A stretch of DNA of 64,000 bases from Octopus sinensis (lineage: Eukaryota). The translations under genes were made by a program, and so were the position numbers. The notes beneath the pieces are model-generated. The model was not told the DNA's origin, ran no database searches, and saw only the letters and a list, made by a program, of their open reading frames with translations. Below are positions 28,811 to 43,287 of the stretch, piece after piece; positions within the stretch are counted from its first letter, which is position 1; each line of letters opens with the position of its first letter. The stretch is from assembly GCF_006345805.1 (NCBI RefSeq), contig NC_043003.1, positions 117,366,001 to 117,430,000 on the forward strand. The letters run 5' to 3'.

Positions 28811-29188
28811 TTTTTTTTTATATATATTTTCCAGTAGAAAATCACTGGTTATGGAATATAACTGGTAACAAAGCTAACGACGGTTTCGTAACGACTTTTG
28901 CACTTGGTACGCCAAGGTTGACTTTGGCTTTCATCCCTTCGGGGTCAATAAAATAAGTACCAGATGAGCACTAGGATTAATATAATCAGCTTAACCCTTT
29001 CCTGAAATTGCTGGCTTTACGCTAAAATTTGAAAATAATGTTGACAGCATTTCAGATATGTAGGCCGGAAGTGCATCGCTTCTTTCATGCTGGAGGTGAA
29101 TTACAATCCTGGATCAGTCAGTGGTTATAAAAAGCAGAACGAAAAACATGATGAGGAAACGTTTTCCGAGAGGGATTCAAGAGTTGCC

Positions 29189-29696
29189 GGATCTTTTCGG
29201 TTTGAACGGCAGTTTTTTCTAGCGGTGTCATATGAAATTGTCACCCATAATTATGACCCTAGTATCGATCTATTGCATTTCAATCTGTTTTAGGGTTAGG
29301 GTTAGTTAGGGTTAGTTATAGCTAGGGTTAGGGTTAGTTAGGGTTAGTTAGAGCTAGGGTTAGGGTTAGGGTTAGGGTTAGGGTTAGGGTTAGGGGTTGG
29401 GAGAAGGGTATCATTTTTTTCTTCACAAATGTAAATAAACCCAATCTGTTTCTTAAAAGAGGGAATATTCATACGGCACAGAATGTTTTTTTTACCTCAA
29501 TAGACGTAATTGATTGGTTGAAATTGCAGAAATTGAAGAAAAAAAACAACAAATATCTTACAAACTATAGAATTTTCTCAATAAAGCCAAGAGAAAAAGA
29601 TGTTTTATAAACACATTCTACCAATATACGAAGTTTAAAGGTGTTTAGTTACGTGGAAATTATTTTTAAAAACTGCCGTTCAAACCGAAAAGATCC
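29189..29696 (+). mobile_element. MITE (Merlin-like TIR/TSD) containing (TTAGGG)n
   Basis: TIR GGATCTTTTCGGTTTGAACGGCAGTTTTT; 8-bp TSD GAGTTGCC; telomere-type repeats at 29290-29395. Confidence 0.85.
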
Positions 29697-29972
29697 GAGT
29701 TGCCTCCCATGGAATACTGCCAGCTGTCGGCGCCTAAGTTTACAGACATGTACGCATGTGCAGGCATGTGGTTGTTTGTATATAAATTTGTGTGTGTCGG
29801 TGTGTAGGTGTGTACGTGTGCTATTTCTTTTGTGTATGTTTCAATTGACTTTGCTTCCAGTATTTTCTACAGATCGACTCTTTCTCCTTTCATCCTCCAT
29901 TACTCCTCCGTTAACCTCCGTTCTCCTCCTCTCATAAATCTTCTTCCTTTATAAATCTCTGGCACAATATTT

Positions 29973-30377
29973 GGATCTTTTCGGTTTGAACGGCAGTTGT
30001 TAACATAATTTCTAGGTAACTAAAAAATTTTAAACTTCGTATACTGGTAGAATGTGTTTTTAAATCATCTTTTTCTCTTGGCTATAGTTCTATAGTTTGT
30101 AAGATATTTGTTGTCTTTTTCTTCAATTTCTGCAATTTCAACCAATCAATGACGTCTATTAAGCTAAAAAAACATTCTGTGCCGTATGAATATGTCACTC
30201 GTTTAAGAAATAGATTGGGTTTATTTACATTTGTGAAGAAAAGAAAAGATACCCTTCCCCCCACCTCTAACTCTAAAACAGATTGAAATGCAATAGATCG
30301 ATACTAGGGTCATAATTATGGGTGACAATTTCATATGACACCGCTAGAAAAAACTGCCGTTCAAACCGAGAAGATCC
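29973..30377 (-). mobile_element. Second copy of the same MITE in inverted orientation, telomeric tract vestigial
   Basis: Same TIRs; 9-bp TSD ACAATATTT at 29964-29972 and 30378-30386. Confidence 0.85.
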
Positions 30378-30974
30378 ACAATATTTTCCCCTCCTCACAA
30401 ATCATTCCCAATTCATTTCAGACTTCAACCACCAGTTGACATTCCGTCTCTCTCCAGACAAGTTCTCTCCGAGCGACGGATCTCTCTCAGTTTCCAACCT
30501 CCATAAAATATATTCCACGCTTTCTATTTTCATCACAATTAACCCACGCAAAACATCACCAATTCCTTTGCAACAGACATTTTACTTCAAGGAAATAGTT
30601 CTTACTTACTCAAAGTTCAATACGAATTAATCAATCTAATTAATCGAGGTTCAAATCTCTGCTACTTTGCATCGATAAAAATAGACAAACCGAACCATTG
30701 ATTCAAAGCTTATGCTTTTGGTGGTGGTGGTGTAGGTGGTGGTGGTGGTGGTGGTGGTGGTGGTGGTATTGTTGTTCTTGTTCTTGTTGTTGTTGTTTTG
30801 GGATTTTTTTTTGGTTTGTTTTCTGTTTTACTTTCCTGATTTGATTTTCTTGTCTTTTCTTTTGAGTATTAGAACTAATTATTTTAAAATCAATGACTTA
30901 TCTCTCTCTCTTTCTTTTAATATATATATGTGTGTGTGTATACTATTAATAAAATACAGAAAACATACTTACAT

Positions 30975-31002
30975 ACATATATGTGTGTGTATTATATATG
31001 TC

Positions 31003-31048
<46 letters not shown>

Positions 31049-31424
31049 TGTGTGTGTGTGTGTGTGTGTGGTGTGTGTGTTAGTGTGTGTGGGTGTGTGG
31101 GTGTGAGTGTGGAGGTGTGTATGAATATATATATATACGTATGTATACGTACATGTATCTGTGTATGTACGAACAGGTATGTATGTATATGTGTATATAC
31201 ATTACGTTCTCTCTCTTCGCCAACATGTGTGTGTGTATATATATATGTCTATATATATATGTGTGTGTGTGTTTGTGTGTGTGGGTGTGTGTATGAATAT
31301 ATATATATACGTATGTATACGTGTATGTATCTGTGTATGTACGAACAGGTATGTATGTATATGTGTATATACATTACTTTCTCACTCTCTTCCCCAACAT
31401 ATATGTGTGTGTATTATATATGTC

Positions 31425-31474
<50 letters not shown>

Positions 31475-31854
31475 TGTGTGTGTGTGTGTGTGTGTGGTGT
31501 GTGTGTTAGTGTGTGTGGTGTGTGGGTGTGGGTGTGAGTGTGGAGGTGTGTATGAATATATATATATACGTATGTATACGTACATGTATCTGTGTATGTA
31601 CGAACAGGTATGTATGTATATGTGTATATACATTACGTTCTCTCTCTTCGCCAACATGTGTGTGTGTATATATGTATGTCTATATATATATGTGTGTGTG
31701 TGTTTGTGTGTGTGGTGTGTGTATGAATATATATATATACGTATGTATACGTGTATGTATCTGTGTATGTACGAACAGGTATGTATGTATATGTGTATAT
31801 ACATTACTTTCTCACTCTCTTCCCCAACATATATGTGTGTGTATTATATATGTC

Positions 31855-31932
<78 letters not shown>

Positions 31933-32520
31933 TGTTAGTGTGTGTGGTGTGTGGGTGTGGGTGTGAGTGTGGAGGTGTGTATGAATATATATATATACGT
32001 ATGTATACGTACATGTATCTGTGTATGTACGAACAGGTATGTATGTATATGTGTATATACATTACGTTCTCTCTCTTCGCCAACATGTGTGTGTGTATAT
32101 ATATATGTCTATATATATATGTGTGTGTGTGTTTGTGTGTGTGGGTGTGTGTATGAATATATATATATACGTATGTATACGTGTATGTATCTGTGTATGT
32201 ACGAACAGGTATGTATGTATATGTGTATATACATTACTTTCTCACTCTCTTCCCCAACATATATGTGTGTGTATATATGTATGTGTGTGTGTATATATGT
32301 GTGTATATATATACATATTGGGGTGTATATATATATATGTATCTATGTATGTACGAATAGGTATGTATATATGTATATACATTACTCTTCCCCAACATAT
32401 GTGTGTGTGTTTGTGTGTGTGTATATGTATATATGTGTGTATGTATTTATGTATGTACGAATAGGTGTGTGTATATATGTATATACATTACTCTCTCTCC
32501 CTCAGCAAATATGTGTGTGT
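30975..32520. repeat. Higher-order minisatellite: ~430-bp unit x3 built from microsatellite-rich subunits
   Basis: Marker ACGAACAGG recurs at ~31169, 31341, 31600, 31771, 32029 and 32201. Confidence 0.85.
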
Positions 32521-33086
32521 ATGTGTGAGTGTGTGCGTGTGAGAGTATTTGTGTCTTTTTGTTTATGTGTCCCTCATCCTTCCACTCTTACTCCCTCCCT
32601 CTTCATCTGCCCCCCTCCGCCCTCCACTTGCCATATACGTAAGCACCGCAACTGTTCCATCTTATACGTTGCTTCACACATCTACACGTGCATTTTTCAT
32701 GTATCATTGCTGTTATTTCTGGCGTCGACGTCGACGTCATCGTCGACGTCGACGTCATCGTCGTCGTCGTTGTTGTTCTTGTTATTATTATTGTTATTAT
32801 TGTTGTTGTTGTTGTTGTTGTATTTTTTGCTATTCTTCTATTGTCAGAATTGTTGTTGTTTTGTTTTTTTTTTTGTATTTTTTTTCTGATCTGACATCGA
32901 TCCTTTTTCCATAAAACATAAAAGAAAAACAGAGAGTGAGAAGTCAATCAATCAAAAGTTGTCGACGGAAATAGGTAAAGCCTTGATCAATGAAGTCATC
33001 GATGAAAGACGATGTAGAATTCGAATGTTAAACATTGGCAGGAGACAGGAACGGGGTTGGGTGTTTATCGTTTCCATCTCTTTGCT

Positions 33087-33125
<39 letters not shown>

Positions 33126-33232
33126 CCCCTCTCCCTCTGTCTCTCTCTCTAGTGACGCATACAAATACGGAAACACATACACGCACATACACGCATGCCT
33201 AAGTATATGTTTGTGTGCGTGTGTAACCGTAT

Positions 33233-33263
<31 letters not shown>

Positions 33264-33480
33264 CCTATGCCAGATTCTACATATACATATACAAAAGATA
33301 TATATATATATATATATATGTGAGCATATACACAAATATATGTATATATATATAATACATACAATATATATATATATATATATTATATTACATACATATA
33401 TATATACATATAGGCATATATATATATTGTATACATACATGTGCATATATATGCATAAGTTTTAATATAGACATACATAC

Positions 33481-33559
<79 letters not shown>

Positions 33560-33579
33560 ATATATAGGCATATATATAT

Positions 33580-33617
<38 letters not shown>

Positions 33618-33857
33618 GGCATATATATATATATATAGATATTATGCCCATGTATGTATATAATATATATATATAAATATAATATATATATATATATATA
33701 ATATAAATATATATACATATGCGTGTGTATGCGTGCGTATGAATGTATGTATATGTTAGCGTGCACATGTATCTTTCTCTTTCTCGTTGTGTATATAAAT
33801 CCTCAAATACTCTCACACACACGTCTATACATATGGGTATATATATATATATATAAG

Positions 33858-33890
<33 letters not shown>

Positions 33891-34341
33891 CTGCATACAT
33901 AAGCGCGTACGCTATTAGGTATGACATGTCTTCACGCTATAACTCTGTAATATATGCACATTCGCCATAATATAACCACGCTTCTAAGCAGACATTGATA
34001 ATTTGATTTCCACAACAACAATGGAACTGTGATGTAATTCGGTTTCTCTCTTGTTTTCTCTTTTATCCATCGTTTTTTTTTGTTTTGTTGTTCTTGTTTT
34101 TGTTTTTGGTTTTAATAGATGAAAATCTTTTGTTGTAAAAGTGTTCAAAGTAGCCGGGTCACTGGCGAGCCGGACTAAAAAGAATCGATAAATCATTTCA
34201 CTTCTTCTTTCATTCATCGAAATTCAAATCCAATCGGTCTGGGATCGACATTCGATTCTTTCATCTTTTTCCTGCATCGATAAAACGTGTACCAATAATA
34301 TACTTCCTTTACAATACATACTAATCATATACCATATCTCT

Positions 34342-34372
<31 letters not shown>

Positions 34373-34464
34373 GCTCTCTTTCTCTCTCTCTCTCTAGATA
34401 TACATACATATATATATTTATATATCTAGGGAGAGTTTACCAAAAAACAAAAGACGAAGACAGG

Positions 34465-34516
<52 letters not shown>

Positions 34517-34542
34517 TATATATATAACATATATATTATATA

Positions 34543-34601
<59 letters not shown>

Positions 34602-34622
34602 TATAAATATATACATACATAA

Positions 34623-34668
<46 letters not shown>

Positions 34669-35081
34669 CATATATATATATATATATAAACATACATACA
34701 TTATATATTATATAATTATATATATATATATATATATATATGTGTATGTATCTATCTATCTATCTATCTTGCTCTTATCACTGCATGCTAGAAAATGTAC
34801 GAATGCTAAAAACTAAAGCGTTAAATACTGATTTGCCATAACGTCGCAGTCCACCTCATACGCATTGCTTCTCTTATTGATGTTTGCTTAATAATACCCA
34901 AACATACTCTTAAACGGATCGTAAACAGAAACCAGAAAACAGAAAATAACACATGCAGCCGCAATGTTTCCTATCCACATCATCTCCTGCAATGGCTATG
35001 ATCTTTAGAGATTCTTCTCTCTCTCCCACAATTATTTCACCGTATGCCCGTCCCCCACATCACGTAATTCTACGTTCCTGT

Positions 35082-35477
35082 CTCTTACTCTTTTACTCGT
35101 TTCAGTCATTTGACTGTGGCCATGCTGGAGCACCGCATTTAGTCGAGTAAATCCACCCCAGGACTTATTCTTTGTAAGCCTAGTACTTATTCTGTCGGTC
35201 TGTTTTGCCGAACCGATAAGTTTCGGGGACGTAAACATACCACCATCGGTTGTCAAGCGATGTTGGGGGACAAACACAGACACAAAAACATATACATACA
35301 TACATACATGTATACATATATACGACGGGTTTCTTTCAGTTTCCGTCTACCAAATCCATTCACAAGGCTTTGGTCGGCCCGAGGCTATAGTAGAAGACAC
35401 TTGCCCAAGGTACCACGCAGTGGGCCTGAACCTAAAACCATGTGGCTGGTAAGCAAGCTACTTACCACACAGCCACA
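35082..35477 (-). mobile_element. SINE family A
   Basis: Homologous to 1561-2000. Confidence 0.85.
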
Positions 35478-35564
35478 AATCATTGACTCTAAACAATGTT
35501 TATCGGTCTTTATGACAGGAACTGGTTTTGTCCTGCAGCGCGGCTTAATCTAATCTTTTCTCCT

Positions 35565-36180
35565 CTATCTTTCACTTGTTTCGGTCATTAGACTGTTGCC
35601 ATTCTGGGGCACCACCTCGAAGCATTTTTAGTCGAATGAATCCACTACGATACTTATTTCTTTTATAGCCTTGGATCTTATTCTGTCGGAATCTTTTGCC
35701 GAACCGCTAGGTTACTGGGACGTAGGCATACCCACGCCAGTTGTCAAGCAGTGGGTGGGGACAAAAACAATGATAGAAACACACACACACGATAGGCTTC
35801 TTTCAGTTTCCTATTTCCTTACTGCCCACAAGGGACCAAATATAGAGGAGACAAACAAGGACAGACAAAGGGATGAAGTCGATTACACCGACCCCAGTGC
35901 GTAACTGGTACTTAATTTATCGACCTCGAAAGGATGAAAGGCAAAGTCGACCTCGGCGGGCTTTGAACTCAGAACGTAACGGCAGACGAAATACCGCAAA
36001 GCATTTTACCCGGCGTGCTAACGTTTCTGCCAGCTCGCAGGCTTCTTTCAGTTTCCGTTTATCAAATTCACTTAGAAGGCTTTGGTAGGCCCAAATATAT
36101 TTTTCCTAAACCACGCAGTGAGACTCAACCCAGAACCATGTGGTTGGGAAGCAAATTTCTTACCATGCAACCACGCCAGC
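35565..36180 (-). mobile_element. Older SINE A interrupted by SINE C (35812-36038)
   Basis: 18-bp TSD AGGCTTCTTTCAGTTTCC at 35794-35811 and 36039-36056 flanks the SINE C. Confidence 0.85.
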
Positions 36181-37009
36181 GACTGACATTTACAACGGGA
36201 TTGTTACTGTAATGTAGGCGTAAAGATGGTAAAATAGAATCTAATCTACTTACAAGGATGTAACTCAAAATAGCTTTGTGTCTTCGAACACCGATACAAC
36301 AATGAAAACAAATAAGTTAGGTGCTCGTTGCCTGTAAGAATCCCTCACCAAGAGACAATGGCCACAGGGACGGTAAATTTGAGAAGTGGGCCCTTAGTCG
36401 ATTGTATCAACCCCAGTACTTGATTGCTACTTTATTTCATCATCAACAGGATGAAAAACAAAGTAGACCTCGGCATGATTTGAACTTAGGGCGTGAAGAG
36501 CCAGGTCATTAACCTCGCATGATATTTTATTCGACGCTCTAACGCTTATTAAGTATACATCTCACTATTAATAGTATAGCGTAGTTGTCCAAACATATAT
36601 TTCAAGCACTGCAGTCAATACACAAATCTTTCTCTCCACTGACGAGGGTAGTTTAACATGAAATTCAGCGCCTTTAAGATACATTAATATTTTGACATTA
36701 CTACGCGTACAAGGGCGTTGAGCTGGCACGCCGAACTAAGTGGTGAGCGGCATTTCGTCCGTCTTTACGTTCTGAGTTCAGATGTCACTAAGATGGACTT
36801 TCATTTTCATCCTTTTGCTACAAGGCCAAGCCGTGTCAGAGAAGAGGATCACATTAACCCCATTTGAGCACTGGGGGTCAATGTAAGCCCCTTCTCTGAA
36901 ACCACTTGGACTTCTACCCAAATTTAGAACCAGGTCTGTGTCTTTGTGCCAGATTCTCTTCTTAACGTTAATTCAACACAACATTGTTGTTTTTATGCCT
37001 TATATTTTC

Positions 37010-37236
37010 GGCGAGCTGGCAGAAACGTTAGCACGCCGGGCGAAATGCTTAGCCGTATTTCGTCTGCCGTTACGTTCTGAGTTCAAATTCCGCCGAAGTC
37101 GACTTTGCCTTTCATCCTTTCGGGGTCGATAAATTAAGTACCAGTTACGCACTGGGGTCGATATGATCGACTTAATTCGTTTGTCTGTCCTTGTTTCTCC
37201 CATCTAGATTTAGCCCCTTGTGAGTAATAAAGAAAC
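37010..37236 (+). mobile_element. SINE family C (Meta-domain-like), full length
   Basis: GGCGAGCTGGCAGAAACGTTAGC...GAGTTCAAATTCC...GCCTTTCATCCTTTCGGGGTCGATAAATTAAGTACCAG (resembles the Meta/MESC central domain). Confidence 0.85.
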
Positions 37237-37713
37237 ATATTTTAACGCTTTTTATGTTTTCCTTCGCATAACTTCTCGCGTTGATTTACTTTCTCTTCGC
37301 CTCAAATTTTACTCGCGTTATTTATATGATTTCTCTGTGTGTGTGTGTGTATGTGTGTGTGTGTGTGTGTGTGGTGTGTGTGTAATAGGCCTCGGTGAAA
37401 ATTTCCAGCCATTAGTTTTCAAATGTTCTCTCAGCTTTTAACAAGGCTGCTTGAATTCGCGTGTAGGTGGCCGAGTATTCCAGATACGTATAAACATAAT
37501 ATAATTCTCAGTCGAAATTAGCGTGACACTGTGACACAAATCTGCATCTTCAAATGCAGGTCAATACATCTGACCAACTCCTACACTAATTCTGTCTACT
37601 TAATTTCACTCAGAATTTATGAGTCGATACCAGGCTTTAGTAAGTAACACTTGCTCAAGGTACATGCAGCGGAATCGAAATCGGAACGTCATAATTACGA
37701 AGCCAACTTTTAA

Positions 37714-37754
<41 letters not shown>

Positions 37755-37838
37755 GCATATACATATACATATATATATACACACATATATATATAATATA
37801 TGTATGTATGTATATATGTATGTATATATATGTATATT

Positions 37839-37892
<54 letters not shown>

Positions 37893-38617
37893 TGTAAAAT
37901 ACAAAAATGGGACAAGAACGCAAAACATCCAGACAGTTTAGTGATACAAAAAAGGGGACAACAAAACATCATTCTCGATGTTTACTATTGTATAATGCTG
38001 AGCTTATTGATGCAAAATTGTACGCATAATTGTTTTTATACTGAAATTTCTACATGAAAATGGTTACGAAACGGCCGTAATCACATAGAAATTATATGGA
38101 AAAATAAATTTATCTTCGCCTCTCACACCTCCTGACTTTATGGTTTATATACTCCTCGCTGAAAATGTTTTTGTTCAGGTTTTCTGGATTTTCAGTTACA
38201 TGGACACATTAAATTACACTATATTGCAAAGTATTGCGACGTAGACTGATAGCCGATGCCGAATGAGGAGCTTATTGTGATAGCTGCATGAGTCTGTGAA
38301 TCCATATTTTATATTACTCTTTCATAGTCTATAAGCGCATTGTTTCCATTTACAACTTAAGCTATCGTTAATATAGTGAAAATATCTGAACTTGTATAAT
38401 CATTAATGCTGTAGTCTAAGGCTGAATTGCTATAAATGCCTGAATATCGCCCCACCCCACCCCCTAATTACTTTTTGTGGGTAACAAGTCATAAAGCATT
38501 CAAACAACTGAATGTGATTATAATCCGCTTTAGTTAATTAACTAATTATTAATCTTCTACTATTATATCACTACTTCGAAATTTGTGCTTTGTGCGATAT
38601 TATATGTCTGTGTGTAT

Positions 38618-38994
38618 GGAGTTGCAATGGCCCAGTGGTTAGGGCAGCGGACTCGCGGTCATAGGATCGCGGTTTCGATTCCGAGACCGGGCGTTGTGAG
38701 TGTTTATTGAGCGAAAACACTTAAAGCTCCACGCAGTTTCGGCAGGAGGCAGTGGTGAACCTTGCTGTACTCTTTCACCACAAATTTCATTCTTTCTTTC
38801 TGTTTCTGTTGTAGCTGTATTTCAAAGGGGCCAGCCTTGTCACACTCTGTATCCCGCTGAATCTCGCCGAGGACTGCGTTAAGGGCACACGTATCTGTGG
38901 AGTGCTCAGCCACTTGCACATTAATTTCACGAGAAGGCTGTTCTGTTGATCGGAACAACTGGAACCCTCGTCGTCGCAACCGACGGAGTGCCAC
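38618..38994 (+). mobile_element. tRNA-derived SINE family B, tail type 1
   Basis: TGGCCCAGTGG A box, GGTTTCGATTCC B box; tail GGAACCCTCGTCGTCG.AACCGACGGAGTG. Confidence 0.85.
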
Positions 38995-39005
38995 AATATG
39001 TGTGC

Positions 39006-39039
<34 letters not shown>

Positions 39040-39236
39040 TGTGTGTGTGTGTGCGTGTATGTATGGTATACGTGTATGCACGCGCGCAAACGCACGTGTG
39101 CGTGTATATGTACATAAATGTATTTGCTAACACTCACATAGGAATGAAAGAACGTCCGCACAACTGTTCTTGCGGTTATTCACGTAATGGGAATATGTAC
39201 GTAACGCTGATACCACATCAATATTCTTGAGAAAGT

Positions 39237-39610
39237 GGAGGCGCCATGGCCCAGTGGTTAGGGCAGCGGACTCGCGGTCGTAGGATCGCGGTTTCGATTC
39301 CCAGACCGGGCGTTGTGAGTGTTTATTGAGCGAAAACACCTAAAACTCCACGAGGCTCCGGCAGGGGATGGTGGTGATCCCTGCTGTACTCTTTCACCAC
39401 AACTTTCTCTCACTCTTACTTCTGTTTCTGTTGTACCTGTATTTCAAAGGCCGGCCTTGTCACTCTCAGGTCACGCTGAATATCCCGAGAACTACGTTAA
39501 GGGTACACGTGTCTGTGGAGTGCTCAGCCACTTGCACGTTAATTTCACGAGCAGGCTGTTCCGTTGATCGGATCAACCGGAACCCTTGTCGTCGTAACCG
39601 ACGGAGTGCT
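39237..39610 (+). mobile_element. SINE family B, tail type 1
   Basis: Homologous to 38618-38994. Confidence 0.85.
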
Positions 39611-40374
39611 TCCATTCTTGAGAAACCTCTGCCATCCCTCGAAATAGCAATGCGTGAAATTCCAACACCTTTGCCCCTTATTTCTGTCTCTGAACAGTCT
39701 TTTGATTCTAAGTTTTATTTTCTTCTTCATTTATATCCCTCTCTCCCCACTGACCACATGCCTTATTCACTATTCATTTATTTATATATTCTGTTTCATT
39801 TTTGGATTTGGTTTGCAAGATTCTTTATATGAGTTCGTGTATTGAAACATATTCTGTTGTTTGGGCCGACCAAAGCCTTGTGAACTGATTTGGTAGACGG
39901 AAACTGAAAGAAATAAGAGGAAGTAAGAAATAAGTGGAAATTTCACCGGTGAGTGTGTTACATTATAAGGCGCAAAAAGAAAATGACTCTCCCCAAACAC
40001 AACAGAATATTTATTCTGTTATTCATCTAAATTAAAACTAGAATGTTGAGACTTTCTTTGGTATATATTTCCATCTTTCCTTCTAAGCCAATTTCTTTAA
40101 TAAACCTATTCAATTCCCAATATTTTTCTGATCATTTCAGTTTTTGAATTTCCTTGTATTTATCTACTGATTCTTTGACTGAATTTGTAGTCATCCATGG
40201 CCATTGCTACCTTAAAATAAATCATAAATGACAGCGTGTTGAGTACATCTATCGCCTGTTGATATAGGGTCAGCTTGCTCTCTACAACACAGGTGATGCT
40301 TCGACTACAATGATTCGTTCTGATTTCCTTCTCAGCACCTTTGTATCGTATGTGGTTGTACATTCGCATACACA

Positions 40375-40422
<48 letters not shown>

Positions 40423-40819
40423 CTAACAGTATCGCCGGCGTTGCTCGGGTTTGTAAGGGAAATAACTATATAAGCATTTTTAGAGATGTAAAGTATAATA
40501 GCCATCTCAATATGGCTAACCACAAAGTAACGGGGGTGTTACTGTAGCTTTTTACGTTCTGAGATTTAATAATAAATTTTTAGAGAGTTACTTCCCTTAT
40601 ATATGCCAAAAATGCATTAAAAATGGGAAAAATTGATGGTAATTTTTTTTTAAATCGTCGACTCATCGTGGACGCGCGCTAATACCCGGAAAGGCTCGAT
40701 ATGAATCACGACTATAAGGTACCCGGTTTTGGTTAAACTGCACCGCAAAATGTGGGAGTAGTTAGGAATCTAAATCGTAGGAGACAGACAGCACACAACC
40801 TCACTTTTATATATAAAGA
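40423..40819 (-). mobile_element. Non-autonomous Helitron
   Basis: Minus strand starts TCTTTATATATAAAAG and ends CCCGAGCAACGCCGGCGATACTGTTAG; colinear with 60985-61498 apart from indels. Confidence 0.75.
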
Positions 40820-41454
40820 TATCACACACACACACACACACATATCTATGTATGTATGTATGTATGTATATTCATATGCCTGTAAATATTGATGCGATAT
40901 CCATTATATAACAAAAAGGTTATGAAACAGTTGTAAACGAATGTAATATAAACATCTGGTCTCTTAGCTCACTTATCTGCTGCATTTAGATACATCCTTT
41001 CCATCATTGTGTATCACTTGGTTTTCAGAACGATGCAAAGGTTTATCCCAACCCAAACCTCAGCCATTTTTGTTACTGATACACTCGACAGGGCAGCTTA
41101 GTACGAAATATGTTTGATTCTTCGAATCCCTATTATTAAAATATATATGTGTGTATTGTGTCTGTGCGTGTGTGTGTGTTTGTGCTTGTTCGCTTATATA
41201 ATAAGTGAAGACTGGAGTTACTGGCATCACATTTATTTCATTCGTTACAATCGTTTCAATAACGTGAGGGTAATAAATCAAATATCGCGCATTAAGACAT
41301 GATGAGAACAACGATATGGTCCGGACGATTAAATATACAAATCTGAATATGTCTATATAGACACACACACACACAGATATATACACACACACGCGCACGC
41401 ACACACACACACACACACACACGCACGCGTACACACACACACACACATATACAT

Positions 41455-41645
41455 AGGGGGAGAGAATTCACAAAGAAACAAAACACGCGGACATGTGGTG
41501 TAGACGACAAACAGATGTATTAGTTTAACACTCGGGAAGTGAAAAAGTCTTTAACGTTTCGAGCCTACGCTCTTCCACAGAAAGGAACACAGGAAGAAAC
41601 AAGGAGAGAAAATAAAGAATGTGTAGTGGCTAGCAATCATCATGG

Positions 41646-41647
<2 letters not shown>
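41455..41647 (-). mobile_element. Penelope-pLTR-like short repeat with variant HHR (41549-41584)
   Basis: Reverse complement of 55258-55449; CTTT CTGTGGA A GAGC GTAG GCTC GAAAC GTT AAAG. Confidence 0.6.
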
Positions 41648-41715
<68 letters not shown>

Positions 41716-41732
41716 TATCTATATATATATAT

Positions 41733-42167
<435 letters not shown>

Positions 42168-43242
42168 ACATATATATGTACATGTGTATATATTTGTTCA
42201 TGTATATGTGTATCGGCGTGCATATATATGCGTGGGTGTATGTATGTACTTATGCATTACGTTGTGTGTTGTTTGTTTCTGAAATGTAAATACTCACAGA
42301 TAACATATTGTTAACTGAATCACGCCAGATATTTTATTTAATATTGGAATAATTTCATTAACCAGTAAAATTCACCTTGTTTTCCAGACTATAATAACTT
42401 GTAGGTTTACGTAATTCTAAGCAGCAAAATCTTGTTTTAATTTATAGTTTCATGTCTCGTGGTGCAAATTATATTTCCATGTTAATGTATAATTATTTTT
42501 CACTCTCCTTCTTTCTGTCTCTCACCTTCTCTCCCCTTCATTCACACTCACACTCACGCACGCACGCGCATACATACACAGAAGCACAACCTCAAACGCA
42601 GCACAATAATATATGTATTCGGTAATACACACACGCACACACACACACATATATATATAGATATATGTGTGTGTGTATTACTCTTTTACTTGTTTCAGTC
42701 ATTTGACTGCAGCCATGCTGGAGCACCGCCTTTACTCGAGCAAATCGATCCTAGAGTGCCTAGAGTAGAAAAGAATCGTTAACACGTCGAGCGAAATGCT
42801 TAGCGGCAATACCTTTCATCCTTTCGTGGTCAATAAAATAGGTGTCCGTTGAAAACAGGGGTCGATATAATCGACTTATCATCTCCCTACCCCGAAAATG
42901 CCGGCCTTGTGCCAAAATTAGAAATCAATATTAGTTTCAGTTTTTAAAAAAAAAATCATGACGTTGATGGAAAATAACGAAATAAATTCTCGAGATTTTC
43001 AAAATATAAAACATTTATCAAATTACAGTAAAATTAAATATAACAACTTCCTCATTTGCATATTTGCCATAAATATAGCATTCATATCAATTATATTATT
43101 TTACTCTCTGTTTATGGCCGCAGTCAAATGACTGAAAAAGTAAAAGAGTAAAAGAGTAAGAGTATATATATATACTATATATATATATATATATGATTAT
43201 CTATATATATATATAGATATTTATATATATGTATATATATAC

Positions 43243-43287
<45 letters not shown>

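Noticed and set aside
29290-29395. Interstitial telomere as a chromosome-fusion scar
   Set aside because: It lies inside a TIR/TSD-bounded MITE and is in a single orientation.
30736-33927. Many YI/CV-rich ORFs (also at 19.6-20.2, 21.9-23.3, 51.7-52.7 and 58.4-59.0 kb)
   Set aside because: They are microsatellite translations.
36639-36670. CTGACGA...GAAA hammerhead-like spacing
   Set aside because: No stem II or stem I pairing was found.
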